64,000 bases of DNA from the IMG/VR virus record IMGVR_UViG_3300020021_000004, positions 22,249-86,248 of that record; one strand, written 5' to 3'. Numbering within the stretch: the stretch's first letter is position 1; each line of letters begins with the position of its first letter. Under the pieces are notes generated by a model, which ran no database searches, had not been told where the DNA came from, and was given only the letters and a program-made list of their open reading frames with translations. This document shows positions 55,599-64,000 of the stretch, piece by piece. The position numbers and the translations under genes were made by a program. Origin of the DNA: a virus.

Positions 55599-56046
55599 TG
55601 CTTACTACCTCTCCGTACAGCTCGTCGAAAGCATCGTTCGTAGGCAGAACCATTCTTTCGACTTGCTTTTGAGCCCGGCGGGACTCAGCCCACTGACGCT
55701 CTTGAGCTTCTCTACGCTGATTCTCTTCTTTTTCGGCTTTCGCCCGGTCCAACATCCTATCCATAGAGGACGTCCGGCGCATGCCTTGTTGGGCCGCAGC
55801 CGCAAAACGTAGATGTGCGTTGGCAAAAACCACGAGACTTGAAGACGTCTCAGGGGATCGGCGAGCCCGACTCCGCATTTCGTCCGCCAAATAGGTCAAC
55901 TTTGTGAGGGAGGATTCGACATCTTTCCTCGCCTCTCTGATCTGCCCAATCAAAGCCTCGACCTCGCGAGAGGTCGTCTCCTCAGCTCTCTGTCGAAGAG
56001 CCTCCAAGGGATTGACTTGTGGGGGTCGGACTTCAGGCATGATCAC
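55591..56046 (-). CDS. Hypothetical coiled-coil protein
   Basis: Helical and charged; overlaps the portal start. Confidence 0.65.
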   Translation of the reverse strand: MIMPEVRPPQVNPLEALRQRAEETTSREVEALIGQIREARKDVESSLTKLTYLADEMRSRARRSPETSSSLVVFANAHLRFAAAAQQGMRRTSSMDRMLDRAKAEKEENQRREAQERQWAESRRAQKQVERMVLPTNDAFDELYGEVVSNA

Positions 56047-56052
56047 TCAATA

Positions 56053-56568
56053 TCACATACTGGTCTGAATACCGAGCCAGTTGTTGTTCAATGTCTTCGG
56101 GATCTGAGCTACGAAGCCAACGAAAAAAGCAGGAGCGAGCAAGCTTCCCGACAGCGTCAGTTCGTCTTCGTTCGTCCAATACCCTCGAAGGGAAAGGTAC
56201 AGGATGTCGTTCGGCTTGTAGGTGATGAGCACGAGAGGGCCGCTGAGGCGAGAAGCGTACGTGTACCTCTCGTACGTGGATGTCGAGATCAGATTCCCAC
56301 CAAAAAACATCGTAGCGTAACGATAGGTGGTCTGCTGGTCGGTCATCGCCGTGAAGCGATCCCCCGGTTCGGCTGAACCCCAAACCAAGAATCCCCCGTA
56401 AAAACCACCAGAATAGGTCACCACCCGGTCGTCTTGGGTGACACCCGTCCACTGCACGCCCTGCCCGCCTGCCCATCCGCCGGACACCATGGCGCTCGAC
56501 ACCGTCACGGTGGTGGAATCGCCTTTGAAGAAGACGATGCAGTCTCGAGTGCGGAAAATTTCGCTCAT
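56053..56568 (-). CDS. Decoration-like protein, tandem paralogue 3
   Basis: MSEIFRTRDC...YKPNDILYLSLRGYWTNE. Confidence 0.65.
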   Translation of the reverse strand: MSEIFRTRDCIVFFKGDSTTVTVSSAMVSGGWAGGQGVQWTGVTQDDRVVTYSGGFYGGFLVWGSAEPGDRFTAMTDQQTTYRYATMFFGGNLISTSTYERYTYASRLSGPLVLITYKPNDILYLSLRGYWTNEDELTLSGSLLAPAFFVGFVAQIPKTLNNNWLGIQTSM

Positions 56569-57086
56569 CAGATCGCCGTTTGGATTCCCAAGTAATTCTC
56601 GTTAAGGACGCTGGGGATCTGCACCACAGACCCCACGAAAAACCCGTTGGGCTTCCGAGGATCGTTGGCCAGTGTCCATTCATCCTCGTTCGTCCAAAAG
56701 CCTCGAAGCGAGAACAGAAGCCGCTGGCCCGTCGTGTACGTGATGGGTATGAGAGGCCCCGATTGCCGGGAAGCGTACGTGTATTTCTCGAAAGTCGTCG
56801 TCGAGATCAGCCATCCGCCCAGACACAGGACCGTGTAATTGTAGGTCGTCTGATTCTGGACGAAAGACACGTATTGGTCTGAAGGCTCGTTGGAGCCCCA
56901 GAGCATGAAACCGCCGTACAGGCCGTCCGAGTACGTGACCCGAAACTCGTCGACAGAAGAGTCGGTCCACATGGCGGCCTGACCGCCGAGCCAGCCGGTT
57001 TGATGCATGGCATCCGAAATAGTAACCGCGTACGAGTCCCCCTTGAAGAACACCACGCAGTCCCGAGTGCGAAAAATCTCGCTCAT
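56568..57086 (-). CDS. Decoration-like protein, tandem paralogue 2
   Basis: MSEIFRTRDC...YTTGQRLLFSLRGFWTNE. Confidence 0.65.
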   Translation of the reverse strand: MSEIFRTRDCVVFFKGDSYAVTISDAMHQTGWLGGQAAMWTDSSVDEFRVTYSDGLYGGFMLWGSNEPSDQYVSFVQNQTTYNYTVLCLGGWLISTTTFEKYTYASRQSGPLIPITYTTGQRLLFSLRGFWTNEDEWTLANDPRKPNGFFVGSVVQIPSVLNENYLGIQTAI

Positions 57087-57607
57087 ATGGACACCTGAAT
57101 GGTCAGGTACTGCTCAGTAGCGACCGTCGGACCCTGCATGACGAAGCCGATGTAGTAGTTGTTGGGCTTTCGGGGGTCGTTAGCTAGGGTCCACTCGTCC
57201 TCGTTCGTCCAAAAGCCTCGAAGCGAGAACACCAGACGGTCGCTCGCATTGTAGGTGATGAGCACGAGAGGCCCCGATTGCCGGGAAGCGTACGTGTATT
57301 TCTCATACGAGGTCGTCATGATGATCCAACCCCCAGCACCAGCCGTTGCAAACTTGTACGCCGGCTGGTTGCGGGTCATCGCCGTGAAGCGATCCGAGGA
57401 CTCATCCGAACCCCAAAGAAGGAAGCCCGCGTAGTAGCCATCCGAGTACGTGACCAAGAACTCGTCTTTGGACGAACCTACCCATTGGACGCCCTGCCCG
57501 CCGCTCCAGCCACCTTTGGCCATAGTGTCGTCCACAGTGACCGGATAAGCGTCACCCTTGTACAGGATGACGCAATCCCGGGTGCGGAACTGCTCGGGCG
57601 TGGCCAT
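57083..57607 (-). CDS. Decoration-like protein, tandem paralogue 1
   Basis: QFRTRDC...YNASDRLVFSLRGFWTNE. Confidence 0.65.
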   Translation of the reverse strand: MATPEQFRTRDCVILYKGDAYPVTVDDTMAKGGWSGGQGVQWVGSSKDEFLVTYSDGYYAGFLLWGSDESSDRFTAMTRNQPAYKFATAGAGGWIIMTTSYEKYTYASRQSGPLVLITYNASDRLVFSLRGFWTNEDEWTLANDPRKPNNYYIGFVMQGPTVATEQYLTIQVSI

Positions 57608-57858
57608 CAGATCTCTTCCTCTTCAGGCTCGTCCGGCTTCTTCACCTTGCCCCAGTTGGTGATCACCTTCTCCAGAGTCGTGATCTGCTTGATGTCCCCG
57701 TGGATGAACGCATCCCATTGGCCCCCGAGCTTTCGGAAGACCAAGCGGATGATCATGTAGTCCCGAGGACGGATGGTCTGGGTAATGCCCAGATGGTCCG
57801 CAAACTGACGGATCACACGATTGGCGAAGACCAATGGGACTGCGGGTGCGTCGTCCAT
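57607..57858 (-). CDS. Hypothetical protein (83 aa)
   Basis: ATG 57858 overlaps the TerL TAA (MDDAPAVP). Confidence 0.6.
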   Translation of the reverse strand: MDDAPAVPLVFANRVIRQFADHLGITQTIRPRDYMIIRLVFRKLGGQWDAFIHGDIKQITTLEKVITNWGKVKKPDEPEEEEI

Positions 57859-59858
57859 TATCTCGACCTTGGGCGCATACCTAGAGTGCTTCGATCCCCG
57901 ATGCCATGGTGACGAGCACGGCTCATCTGGTACCGTTGAGGGGTCATCCCGCCCGAAGAGACGGCAGGGCGGTAGGGCGTGCCGTGAGCGGTGTGCTTCT
58001 GGTTCAACAGCTGGTCGTGTGAAAGCCAAATCGCTCGCACCAACGCATCGCTCAAGTCGTCGTGCGCTCCAGCCTTCTGGGGAGCCGCTACCAACACCGT
58101 ATTCTTCGAGACGTGGTTGGCCTGTAGGGTCAACAGCTCGGCAATGAGCGGGGAGTGCCGGCCTCCATCACCCTTGGCTCGCTCAGGGAGGGGCCAGTCG
58201 TAAAGCTCAAGCTTCTTGTCGTACATGAGCATCTTCGCCGCCTGATAGATCTTGCTGGTCTGATCTCGCGTGAAGAACTCGCTCTTGAATTGACGGAGCC
58301 CTCGCTTGTGAAGCGCTTGCTCCAAAGGAATGCCGTTCCACCTGTCGAAGATAGCGGATGAAATGTGGAACTTCTTAGTAAGGGCCACGATCCAGTTGGC
58401 GATCTCATCGAAATCAAGGCGCTCTACATCTTTCAGGACCTTGGCGTAGTCGGTGGGGTACCGATTTTCGAGATGAGGATTCGCCTCTCGCCAGTCCATC
58501 CCTGCATACCAAACCTCATGGTAGTCGAGGATGACCCGGCTATCCTCGATGTGAGTGATTGCAATAGCGGTACCGTCCCCAATGAGGCCCACGTCGATCC
58601 CCATCTGGTGGGGCGTCCGCGGAGTGGCCATGATCTTGGGGCGGGCCGCAGGGTTGATGCACTCCGTGAGGTCCGTCTCTCGTTCGATCCAACCTCGTGC
58701 CTGATCCGAGAATTGAGCCCCGTGCTCAACCATGAATGAGGTGGGATTCTCGTGGTACTTCTCCTTGTAGTACGAGCTGGCGACCGTCGGGTTGATCTCC
58801 CAAGTCGGGGCCTGAATGGCGAGGATGTTGTACGCTCCCTCACCGCCCCGCATCGCAAGGTCGAACTTCTCGTAAAACTTGCCACTCTTACCTAGGGGTG
58901 ACGAAATCAGGATGATCCGGCTGTCGACCGGTACTTGCTTACCCGTCCGAGAGTCGATCGCCGGGCGACCCGTCTCGGGGTTCTTCCTCGAGTAGGCGGC
59001 AGCTGACGGCACGACAGCGTTGTAGATCTCGTCGGCCGAACTGTTGCCCTTGTCCTGAAAGTGGGCCACCTCATCAAGGATGATGACAATGTTACCTGCA
59101 CCACGAAGACCCTTGGCGATGCAGCTCTTGAAGGTGACGCGAAGGCTCGCCTTGCCGTTGAAGCTGACGAACTTACCATTGTCCTGACGTGACGTGGGAC
59201 CGAACTTCTCGATGTCGTAGGGCGTGCGAAAGTTCACGTGCGACAGAGTGTTGTTGGTCACGAAAGGCGTGAAGTAGTTGCACTTCGCCAAGTGAGTCGT
59301 CACCTCACCGAACAACAAACCGGCCTGCTCCTTGTCGGTAGCGACCGAGATGATCTGAATACGATTACCGTTCGGCAACCCGTAGTACTCTTGAGGGTTG
59401 TACAAGTTGAGGAGGCGGTAAACCTCGTAGCTAGCAAAGATGCCCGAGAGGGTCGTCTTGCCTGCTCGACGACCGATCGCGAGCACTAGTTCCCGACGCT
59501 CGTGGTCCTGCTCCCCGATGTTGCAACGACCCTCGTCGAAAAGGAACTTCAGGTACTCCCGTTCCGTGAACTCGTACCGGATCTTCGTGTTGAACATGTC
59601 CGGGATCTGGATACGCTTGAGCGGGTCCTCGGGCAGTGTCTCGTCGAGCGGCAAGTTGTAATAGAGCTTGACCAGGAAGCGCTGTGCGGGGAACAGCTTC
59701 ATGTCCAGCCCCCACGGCTGCTCGATGTAGTCCAGCACACTGAAGATGCGTGTGGGGCCGCCTTCGCTGCCGCCCGCTGCCGCTTCACCCGCCTGAAGGC
59801 GGATCTGTTGGCCCACCTGGCGGGCTAAATGGGCGATGCCCTTTTTGTTGTCGGCCAC
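57858..59858 (-). CDS. terL: Terminase large subunit
   Basis: Walker A GRRAGKT, Walker B IILDE, motif III ISSP, RNase H-like nuclease MGIDVG and HDDLSDA. Confidence 0.92.
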   Translation of the reverse strand: MADNKKGIAHLARQVGQQIRLQAGEAAAGGSEGGPTRIFSVLDYIEQPWGLDMKLFPAQRFLVKLYYNLPLDETLPEDPLKRIQIPDMFNTKIRYEFTEREYLKFLFDEGRCNIGEQDHERRELVLAIGRRAGKTTLSGIFASYEVYRLLNLYNPQEYYGLPNGNRIQIISVATDKEQAGLLFGEVTTHLAKCNYFTPFVTNNTLSHVNFRTPYDIEKFGPTSRQDNGKFVSFNGKASLRVTFKSCIAKGLRGAGNIVIILDEVAHFQDKGNSSADEIYNAVVPSAAAYSRKNPETGRPAIDSRTGKQVPVDSRIILISSPLGKSGKFYEKFDLAMRGGEGAYNILAIQAPTWEINPTVASSYYKEKYHENPTSFMVEHGAQFSDQARGWIERETDLTECINPAARPKIMATPRTPHQMGIDVGLIGDGTAIAITHIEDSRVILDYHEVWYAGMDWREANPHLENRYPTDYAKVLKDVERLDFDEIANWIVALTKKFHISSAIFDRWNGIPLEQALHKRGLRQFKSEFFTRDQTSKIYQAAKMLMYDKKLELYDWPLPERAKGDGGRHSPLIAELLTLQANHVSKNTVLVAAPQKAGAHDDLSDALVRAIWLSHDQLLNQKHTAHGTPYRPAVSSGGMTPQRYQMSRARHHGIGDRSTLGMRPRSR

Positions 59859-59861
59859 GAT

Positions 59862-60710
59862 TCACACCCGGGCCTCATACTCAAGACCGAAGCTCCGAAG
59901 ACCCAGATGGTCCCGCTCCCTTGAGTAAAAGTCTGAAGGAATGGTCGGGTTAGCATCCTGCGTAGGGATCCTCAGGGTAAGAGCACCCCGCTGTTTAGCC
60001 TGACGATAGAAATCCCTGAACGTCTTCGAGCCATCGGAGGTCGTCGTGATGGTGATCCGGCCCCCGCAGGGCGCCACTATGCTGTGGATGAGCGGGAGGT
60101 CCTGAAAATAGGCGGCATTGTCGAGCACCACTGATGATGCACGAAGGCCCCTGAGATCCTTACCCTGGGCGGACTTGAACATAGCCCTGACCCGGCCCCC
60201 GCCTTCACCTTCGAAGTTCAGGTAAGAAGCAGTCCGGTTCTTCAAGTACGGCTGAAGGTGAGATTCCGCCAAACACGCGGCATAAACGTCAAGGTGAACA
60301 CCGGCCGAAGCCCTGTCGTGAGAGACAGAGATCACACCTCTGGGCTCAGATCCTTGAGTCCGTAGGAGTTTGAGGGTCTCGTACAACTGGACCGTCTGGC
60401 CTAGCCAAGACATCCCGCCACGACGGCCCACAATGAGCACCGCCTCTTGCGAACCCTGACGAGCGGGCGTGCAACGACCTGTCCGCTCCAAGCGAACCAA
60501 GTACTGACGCTCCCGAGCATCTAGTTCGAGACCGTACATCATCTTCAGTATGAAGCGCTGTGCGGGAAACAGCTTCGGAACCCCAAGAGCACCTGAGTCC
60601 ACTAGTTCGATGATGGAGGGTTCGGAGGATTCGGGCTTCACGGAGAAGCCTGCCACCAAAGGCAATGCTGAGGTGAGCCCCAGCATCTGCATGAACGAAC
60701 GGCGGTTCAT
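59862..60710 (-). CDS. Degenerate TerL-ATPase paralogue with twin-arginine-like N-terminus (282 aa)
   Basis: ATG 60710 coupled to the upstream TGA. MNRRSFMQMLGLTSALPLVAG, then collinear with the TerL ATPase but GRRGGMS and VVLDN; no nuclease domain. Confidence 0.8.
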   Translation of the reverse strand: MNRRSFMQMLGLTSALPLVAGFSVKPESSEPSIIELVDSGALGVPKLFPAQRFILKMMYGLELDARERQYLVRLERTGRCTPARQGSQEAVLIVGRRGGMSWLGQTVQLYETLKLLRTQGSEPRGVISVSHDRASAGVHLDVYAACLAESHLQPYLKNRTASYLNFEGEGGGRVRAMFKSAQGKDLRGLRASSVVLDNAAYFQDLPLIHSIVAPCGGRITITTTSDGSKTFRDFYRQAKQRGALTLRIPTQDANPTIPSDFYSRERDHLGLRSFGLEYEARV

Positions 60711-61345
60711 AGGTTCTGAGCCTTTTCCTCCCACCCTTCGAGCTTGGTCTCCAAACGGTTGAAGAGAAGGTCGATCATCTCGGGGGAAAGCACATCACCG
60801 GCCGCTGCTCGAACGGTCTCCAAAAAGAACGCAAAGATCTTCTGGAACTTCTCACCCTTGAGGTCGATCATCGTAGCGCCCAAGCGACGAATCTCTAGTT
60901 CGAGATGGGCCACTTCACGCAAAGCCGCAATACGGCGGCTCGACATCTGCGACGTGTCCTTGCCGTACTTTTCCTCTTCGATGCGCTGGAAGTGCAGGGC
61001 CGCCGATTCACGGGCGATCTCCTCCTTCACCCTCTGAAGGGTCTCGATCGATTCTTGACGCTCACCCGTCGAACGTACGAGGGGGTCCGCGTTGATGAAC
61101 GCAGTCTTCTGGCGAATCATCTCCGCGTGATAGATGAGGTCGTCCCTTGTGGGTTCCGTTCGGATCTTCTTCGGGCGGCCGGGTCCTCGTTTGATGGCTC
61201 CGGTTGCCGCATGGATGGGCACCACCGTGCCATTGGCGTGAGCCAACGGTCGCTGAGAATCGACGGCCTTCTGCTCTTGAGCCTTCTTGGCCTCAGCTTC
61301 AGCGTCAGCCTCGTCATCGTTGTAGATCTCGGTATCGTCGGACAT
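60707..61345 (-). CDS. Candidate terminase small subunit
   Basis: Upstream of TerL; AT-hook KRGPGRPKK followed by oligomerisation-like helices. Positional inference. Confidence 0.5.
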   Translation of the reverse strand: MSDDTEIYNDDEADAEAEAKKAQEQKAVDSQRPLAHANGTVVPIHAATGAIKRGPGRPKKIRTEPTRDDLIYHAEMIRQKTAFINADPLVRSTGERQESIETLQRVKEEIARESAALHFQRIEEEKYGKDTSQMSSRRIAALREVAHLELEIRRLGATMIDLKGEKFQKIFAFFLETVRAAAGDVLSPEMIDLLFNRLETKLEGWEEKAQNL

Positions 61346-61347
61346 GG

Positions 61348-61755
61348 CTACTTCTTCTTCCCTTCTTCGGTTCCCTCACCGCCGTTGCCCTCTGTCCGGA
61401 TCAAATACTGGGACAGGTTGTAGGCAACGTCGTAACCCTTGTCTTTCGGGACTTGCTTATCCAAAGCGTTGGACAAATCCTTGCCCGATTGAACAAGGCT
61501 GAGGACCCCAGTGTTGTTGGGGGTCGCAGGAAACACGTCTTTTGGCTGAATATCTCGGCTATGAGGCTTGATGATGTCCTCACCCTTGGTTTTCGAAACG
61601 CCGTTGTCTTTGACCACGTCACGGTCGATGCCCTTAGGCTTGTTGATGGGCGTGACGTTCTGTTTGGCCTTCTGGCGAGCACCAGGAACCTGATCGGCCC
61701 GACGGTGGCGGTAAGCCGCCACCACCCGACGAACGGACTCGATGCTGTTCTTCAC
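61348..61755 (-). CDS. Basic putative internal head protein
   Basis: Starts ...VRRVVAAYRHRRA, a variant of the RLVAR(F/Y) motif. Confidence 0.6.
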   Translation of the reverse strand: MKNSIESVRRVVAAYRHRRADQVPGARQKAKQNVTPINKPKGIDRDVVKDNGVSKTKGEDIIKPHSRDIQPKDVFPATPNNTGVLSLVQSGKDLSNALDKQVPKDKGYDVAYNLSQYLIRTEGNGGEGTEEGKKK

Positions 61756-63740
61756 AGTTTGATCTCGTGACTCCCGAACTGGATCGAAGTGCTGAACTTC
61801 TGGCCTTCGGGGTTGAATTCGATCGAAGCCTCGTGATGCTGGAGCTGGTACTCCTGCATCATCGTCAAGCCGTTGTTGGCCATCAAAGCCTCAGCATTGG
61901 GCATCGTATTAGCGGGACCCGACGCCAGCATGGCCTGCTGTTCGGCGTACTTGTCGATGTAGGGCGGCTCCACCACGAGCTGCTTGTTGAGCACCGAGCA
62001 ATGCCCAATACGGGTCTGGTGCACGCAAGAGCTGCACTTGTCGCCGACCTTGGCATACTTCACGGCCCCACGTGAACGATGGAGGCTAGCGGCCCGCTGG
62101 CAGCCCTTGCCGTAGTCGTCGTACACAGTGGGGTCGATATATTTGAACCCCTGGAGGCCCTGCTCAGCCAAGACAGCTCGAAGCTCCGGTCCCGTCGCCA
62201 AGAGGGCTCGGGGATCGAACGCCTGACGGAGAGCCATCAAGAGATCGGTCCCGTAAAGGCCCTCGTTCAGGTACTCGGCCGCCTTCTTGAGGATATTGCG
62301 CTTCGTCAGCTCACCGGCGGTAACCTGATGAGAGCTTCCGTAGAAAGCGGTCTCGATGCTGCCCCGCTGCGACTGCTGCGTGATGCTAGCTACCGGCATC
62401 GAGGAGGCGTTGTGGATGTTCTTGAGAGCCTCGACAGGTGTGGACCCCCACTTCATCCGGGACGCTTCCTGGGGCAGCTTGCCAGCGATCCGCTGCTCGT
62501 CCACGACCGCTTGCACGGTTTCGTTCGTGTACAGGTCGGTCGCGTTGGCGACCAGCTTGCGGCCGTACATCATGCAGCGGCCGACCTTGTTGAAGATGCA
62601 AGAGCTGCACTTCTCGCCCGCCACAACCGCACGAACCTTCGAAGCGTGACGGTTGATGTAGTCGGCGCCCACGCGGCAGTCGTCGAACGAGTCCTGCGTC
62701 AGGTAGACGGCCCCGTACAAGCCCGCTTCCTTGTAAGTGGGACCCCACTCGGCCTTCGTGGCTTCCAGATCCCGGAGGTCGAACGCCAAACGAAGCCCGT
62801 GCGCTAGTTCAGACTCCGTCCGACCCTTGAGCATCTCCTTGCGGAGGAACGCGATAACGGGACGGGCCTTGAGGGCCGCCATCTTCTGCTGGGACTCCAG
62901 ATCCCGCTTCTTGGTCAAGCTCGAAGCCGCAATCAGCACCTGCTGAGTGTCCACCTTGGCTTGAGGCGGGGCGTACTGCTGATGGCCACTGAAAGCCTGG
63001 CCAACCGCCTCTTGAGAGGCCAGGAAAGCCCTTTGAATGCGCTCACGAGGCGTACCGGCCGAAGCTTGAACGCCCATACCCTTCGCCTGTTGGGTGCGCT
63101 CGACATCCGAAGCCAGATTGTCCGTGTACGGGACATCCATTTGGATCTGCTTGTGGAAGACCCCGCAATGGCTTGCCCCGTTCGTCACGTGACGGTGGCT
63201 GCAATCCCCGCAAGCCGTCTTGGCCACTACGAACTTGGCTTCAGGTGCGTACCTTCGCACGAAGTCCGACGCCTCTTTGGAGCCACGGTTGCAATTCGGG
63301 AAGTCCTGAGCGGCCACGTAGTAGCGACCCAAGAGTCCTCGTTCTGCGAACACCTCCGCCAACGCTGTCTTGGCGTTCGAAAGAGCTGTCCCGTCGTAGC
63401 GGGTCGCCAGAATACTTCGGATCTTCGTAGGATCGGTCGTCTGCATGATCGCCAAACGGGCGGTTCGCAGAAGGCCCGGTGAGGCCATCTCCATCGCCAA
63501 ACGACCATGAACTTCCGACAAGTCGCCCATCGTCCTAGGAGCCCCTGTGTTGGGCACGAAGTTCGAGGCCGGTTCGTCTCGATGACGCCAAAGCGCTTCG
63601 AGGTCCGGGACCACGTCGAGATTCTGCTTGGGCAGGGTGTCCAGCTCGCGATAAGCCTTCGCATCCACGTCCAACCAATCGAGGTTGGAAACGGCGGAGC
63701 CCTCTTTCAAGTAGTCCGTGAGGTCACCTAGTTCAGACAT
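61752..63740 (-). CDS. Protein with three Cys4 repeat domains (662 aa)
   Basis: ATG 63740 (MSELGDL). Three copies of GLxGxxY...C...CxxC...C. Confidence 0.7.
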   Translation of the reverse strand: MSELGDLTDYLKEGSAVSNLDWLDVDAKAYRELDTLPKQNLDVVPDLEALWRHRDEPASNFVPNTGAPRTMGDLSEVHGRLAMEMASPGLLRTARLAIMQTTDPTKIRSILATRYDGTALSNAKTALAEVFAERGLLGRYYVAAQDFPNCNRGSKEASDFVRRYAPEAKFVVAKTACGDCSHRHVTNGASHCGVFHKQIQMDVPYTDNLASDVERTQQAKGMGVQASAGTPRERIQRAFLASQEAVGQAFSGHQQYAPPQAKVDTQQVLIAASSLTKKRDLESQQKMAALKARPVIAFLRKEMLKGRTESELAHGLRLAFDLRDLEATKAEWGPTYKEAGLYGAVYLTQDSFDDCRVGADYINRHASKVRAVVAGEKCSSCIFNKVGRCMMYGRKLVANATDLYTNETVQAVVDEQRIAGKLPQEASRMKWGSTPVEALKNIHNASSMPVASITQQSQRGSIETAFYGSSHQVTAGELTKRNILKKAAEYLNEGLYGTDLLMALRQAFDPRALLATGPELRAVLAEQGLQGFKYIDPTVYDDYGKGCQRAASLHRSRGAVKYAKVGDKCSSCVHQTRIGHCSVLNKQLVVEPPYIDKYAEQQAMLASGPANTMPNAEALMANNGLTMMQEYQLQHHEASIEFNPEGQKFSTSIQFGSHEIKL

Positions 63741-64000
63741 CGTTCGTCCCTGTGAGATGGCGTTGAGGCCAGTTGTGTAGGGGGTCGTCCCTATAGTCGT
63801 GTGTGGTGTCATCGTAGCGGACATAGGGGGTCGACATGTCCTGCGTCACGTAGTCGGTGTTCATCAATCCTGGAGAATACTCACCCTGAGGAGTCGCCTC
63901 GCCCGGGAGATCCGACTGCGCCATTTGGGTGTTCACCAAGTTGCCCTTGTCCCCTTGGTAATAATCGGACCGGGCCACCGGGCTCTCGGTGTCGTTGGGT
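63733..64000 (-). CDS. Partial hypothetical protein, 5' end outside the window
   Basis: The frame stays open to the window edge. Confidence 0.55.
   Translation of the reverse strand, partial: PNDTESPVARSDYYQGDKGNLVNTQMAQSDLPGEATPQGEYSPGLMNTDYVTQDMSTPYVRYDDTTHDYRDDPLHNWPQRHLTGTNDV

Noticed and set aside
59862-60710. Split terminase (intron- or frameshift-separated TerL halves)
   Set aside because: The downstream TerL already has complete ATPase and nuclease domains; this ORF duplicates the ATPase part.
1-64000. Alternative genetic code, tRNA/rRNA genes, or an extracellular contractile injection system
   Set aside because: Genes tile densely under the standard code with all three stops used; no cloverleaf or rRNA was seen in the short gaps; capsid, portal and terminase show this is a true phage.

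Overview
This window is the virion-morphogenesis region of a large, GC-rich (roughly 60% by eye) tailed phage with a contractile tail, probably a jumbo myovirus. Essentially all real genes are on the minus strand. Read in transcription order (right to left) it holds: Cys-repeat and basic head proteins; a candidate TerS; a degenerate TerL-ATPase paralogue with a twin-arginine N-terminus; TerL; three tandem decoration-like paralogues; portal; internal head proteins; prohead protease; scaffold; decoration protein; HK97-fold major capsid protein; an inserted LAGLIDADG-DNA methyltransferase fusion behind a perfect 20-bp inverted repeat; more internal head proteins; a ~22 kb fibre/appendage locus; neck proteins; Dps; an actin-like ATPase; a tail-completion protein; and a >1193-aa tail sheath running off the left edge. 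Four candidate novel systems stand out. (1) A modular neck-anchored fibre: a 2220-aa Asp/Ser/Thr/Val repeat backbone whose C-terminal domain is a paralogue of the neck adaptor's N-terminal domain, four lectin-like proteins that each end in a copy of the backbone repeat, small beta-sandwich subunits, and an embedded MTase-GT2-TPR enzyme. (2) A hairpin / (A/G)AT-hexamer array / hairpin 5' leader shared by the sheath gene, a DUF5659-like gene and other late genes, suggesting a post-transcriptional regulon. (3) A catalytically dead pseudo-terminase with a Tat-like signal. (4) The nuclease-methylase fusion with its own putative operator. All family assignments come from motif recognition by eye; no database searches were run.
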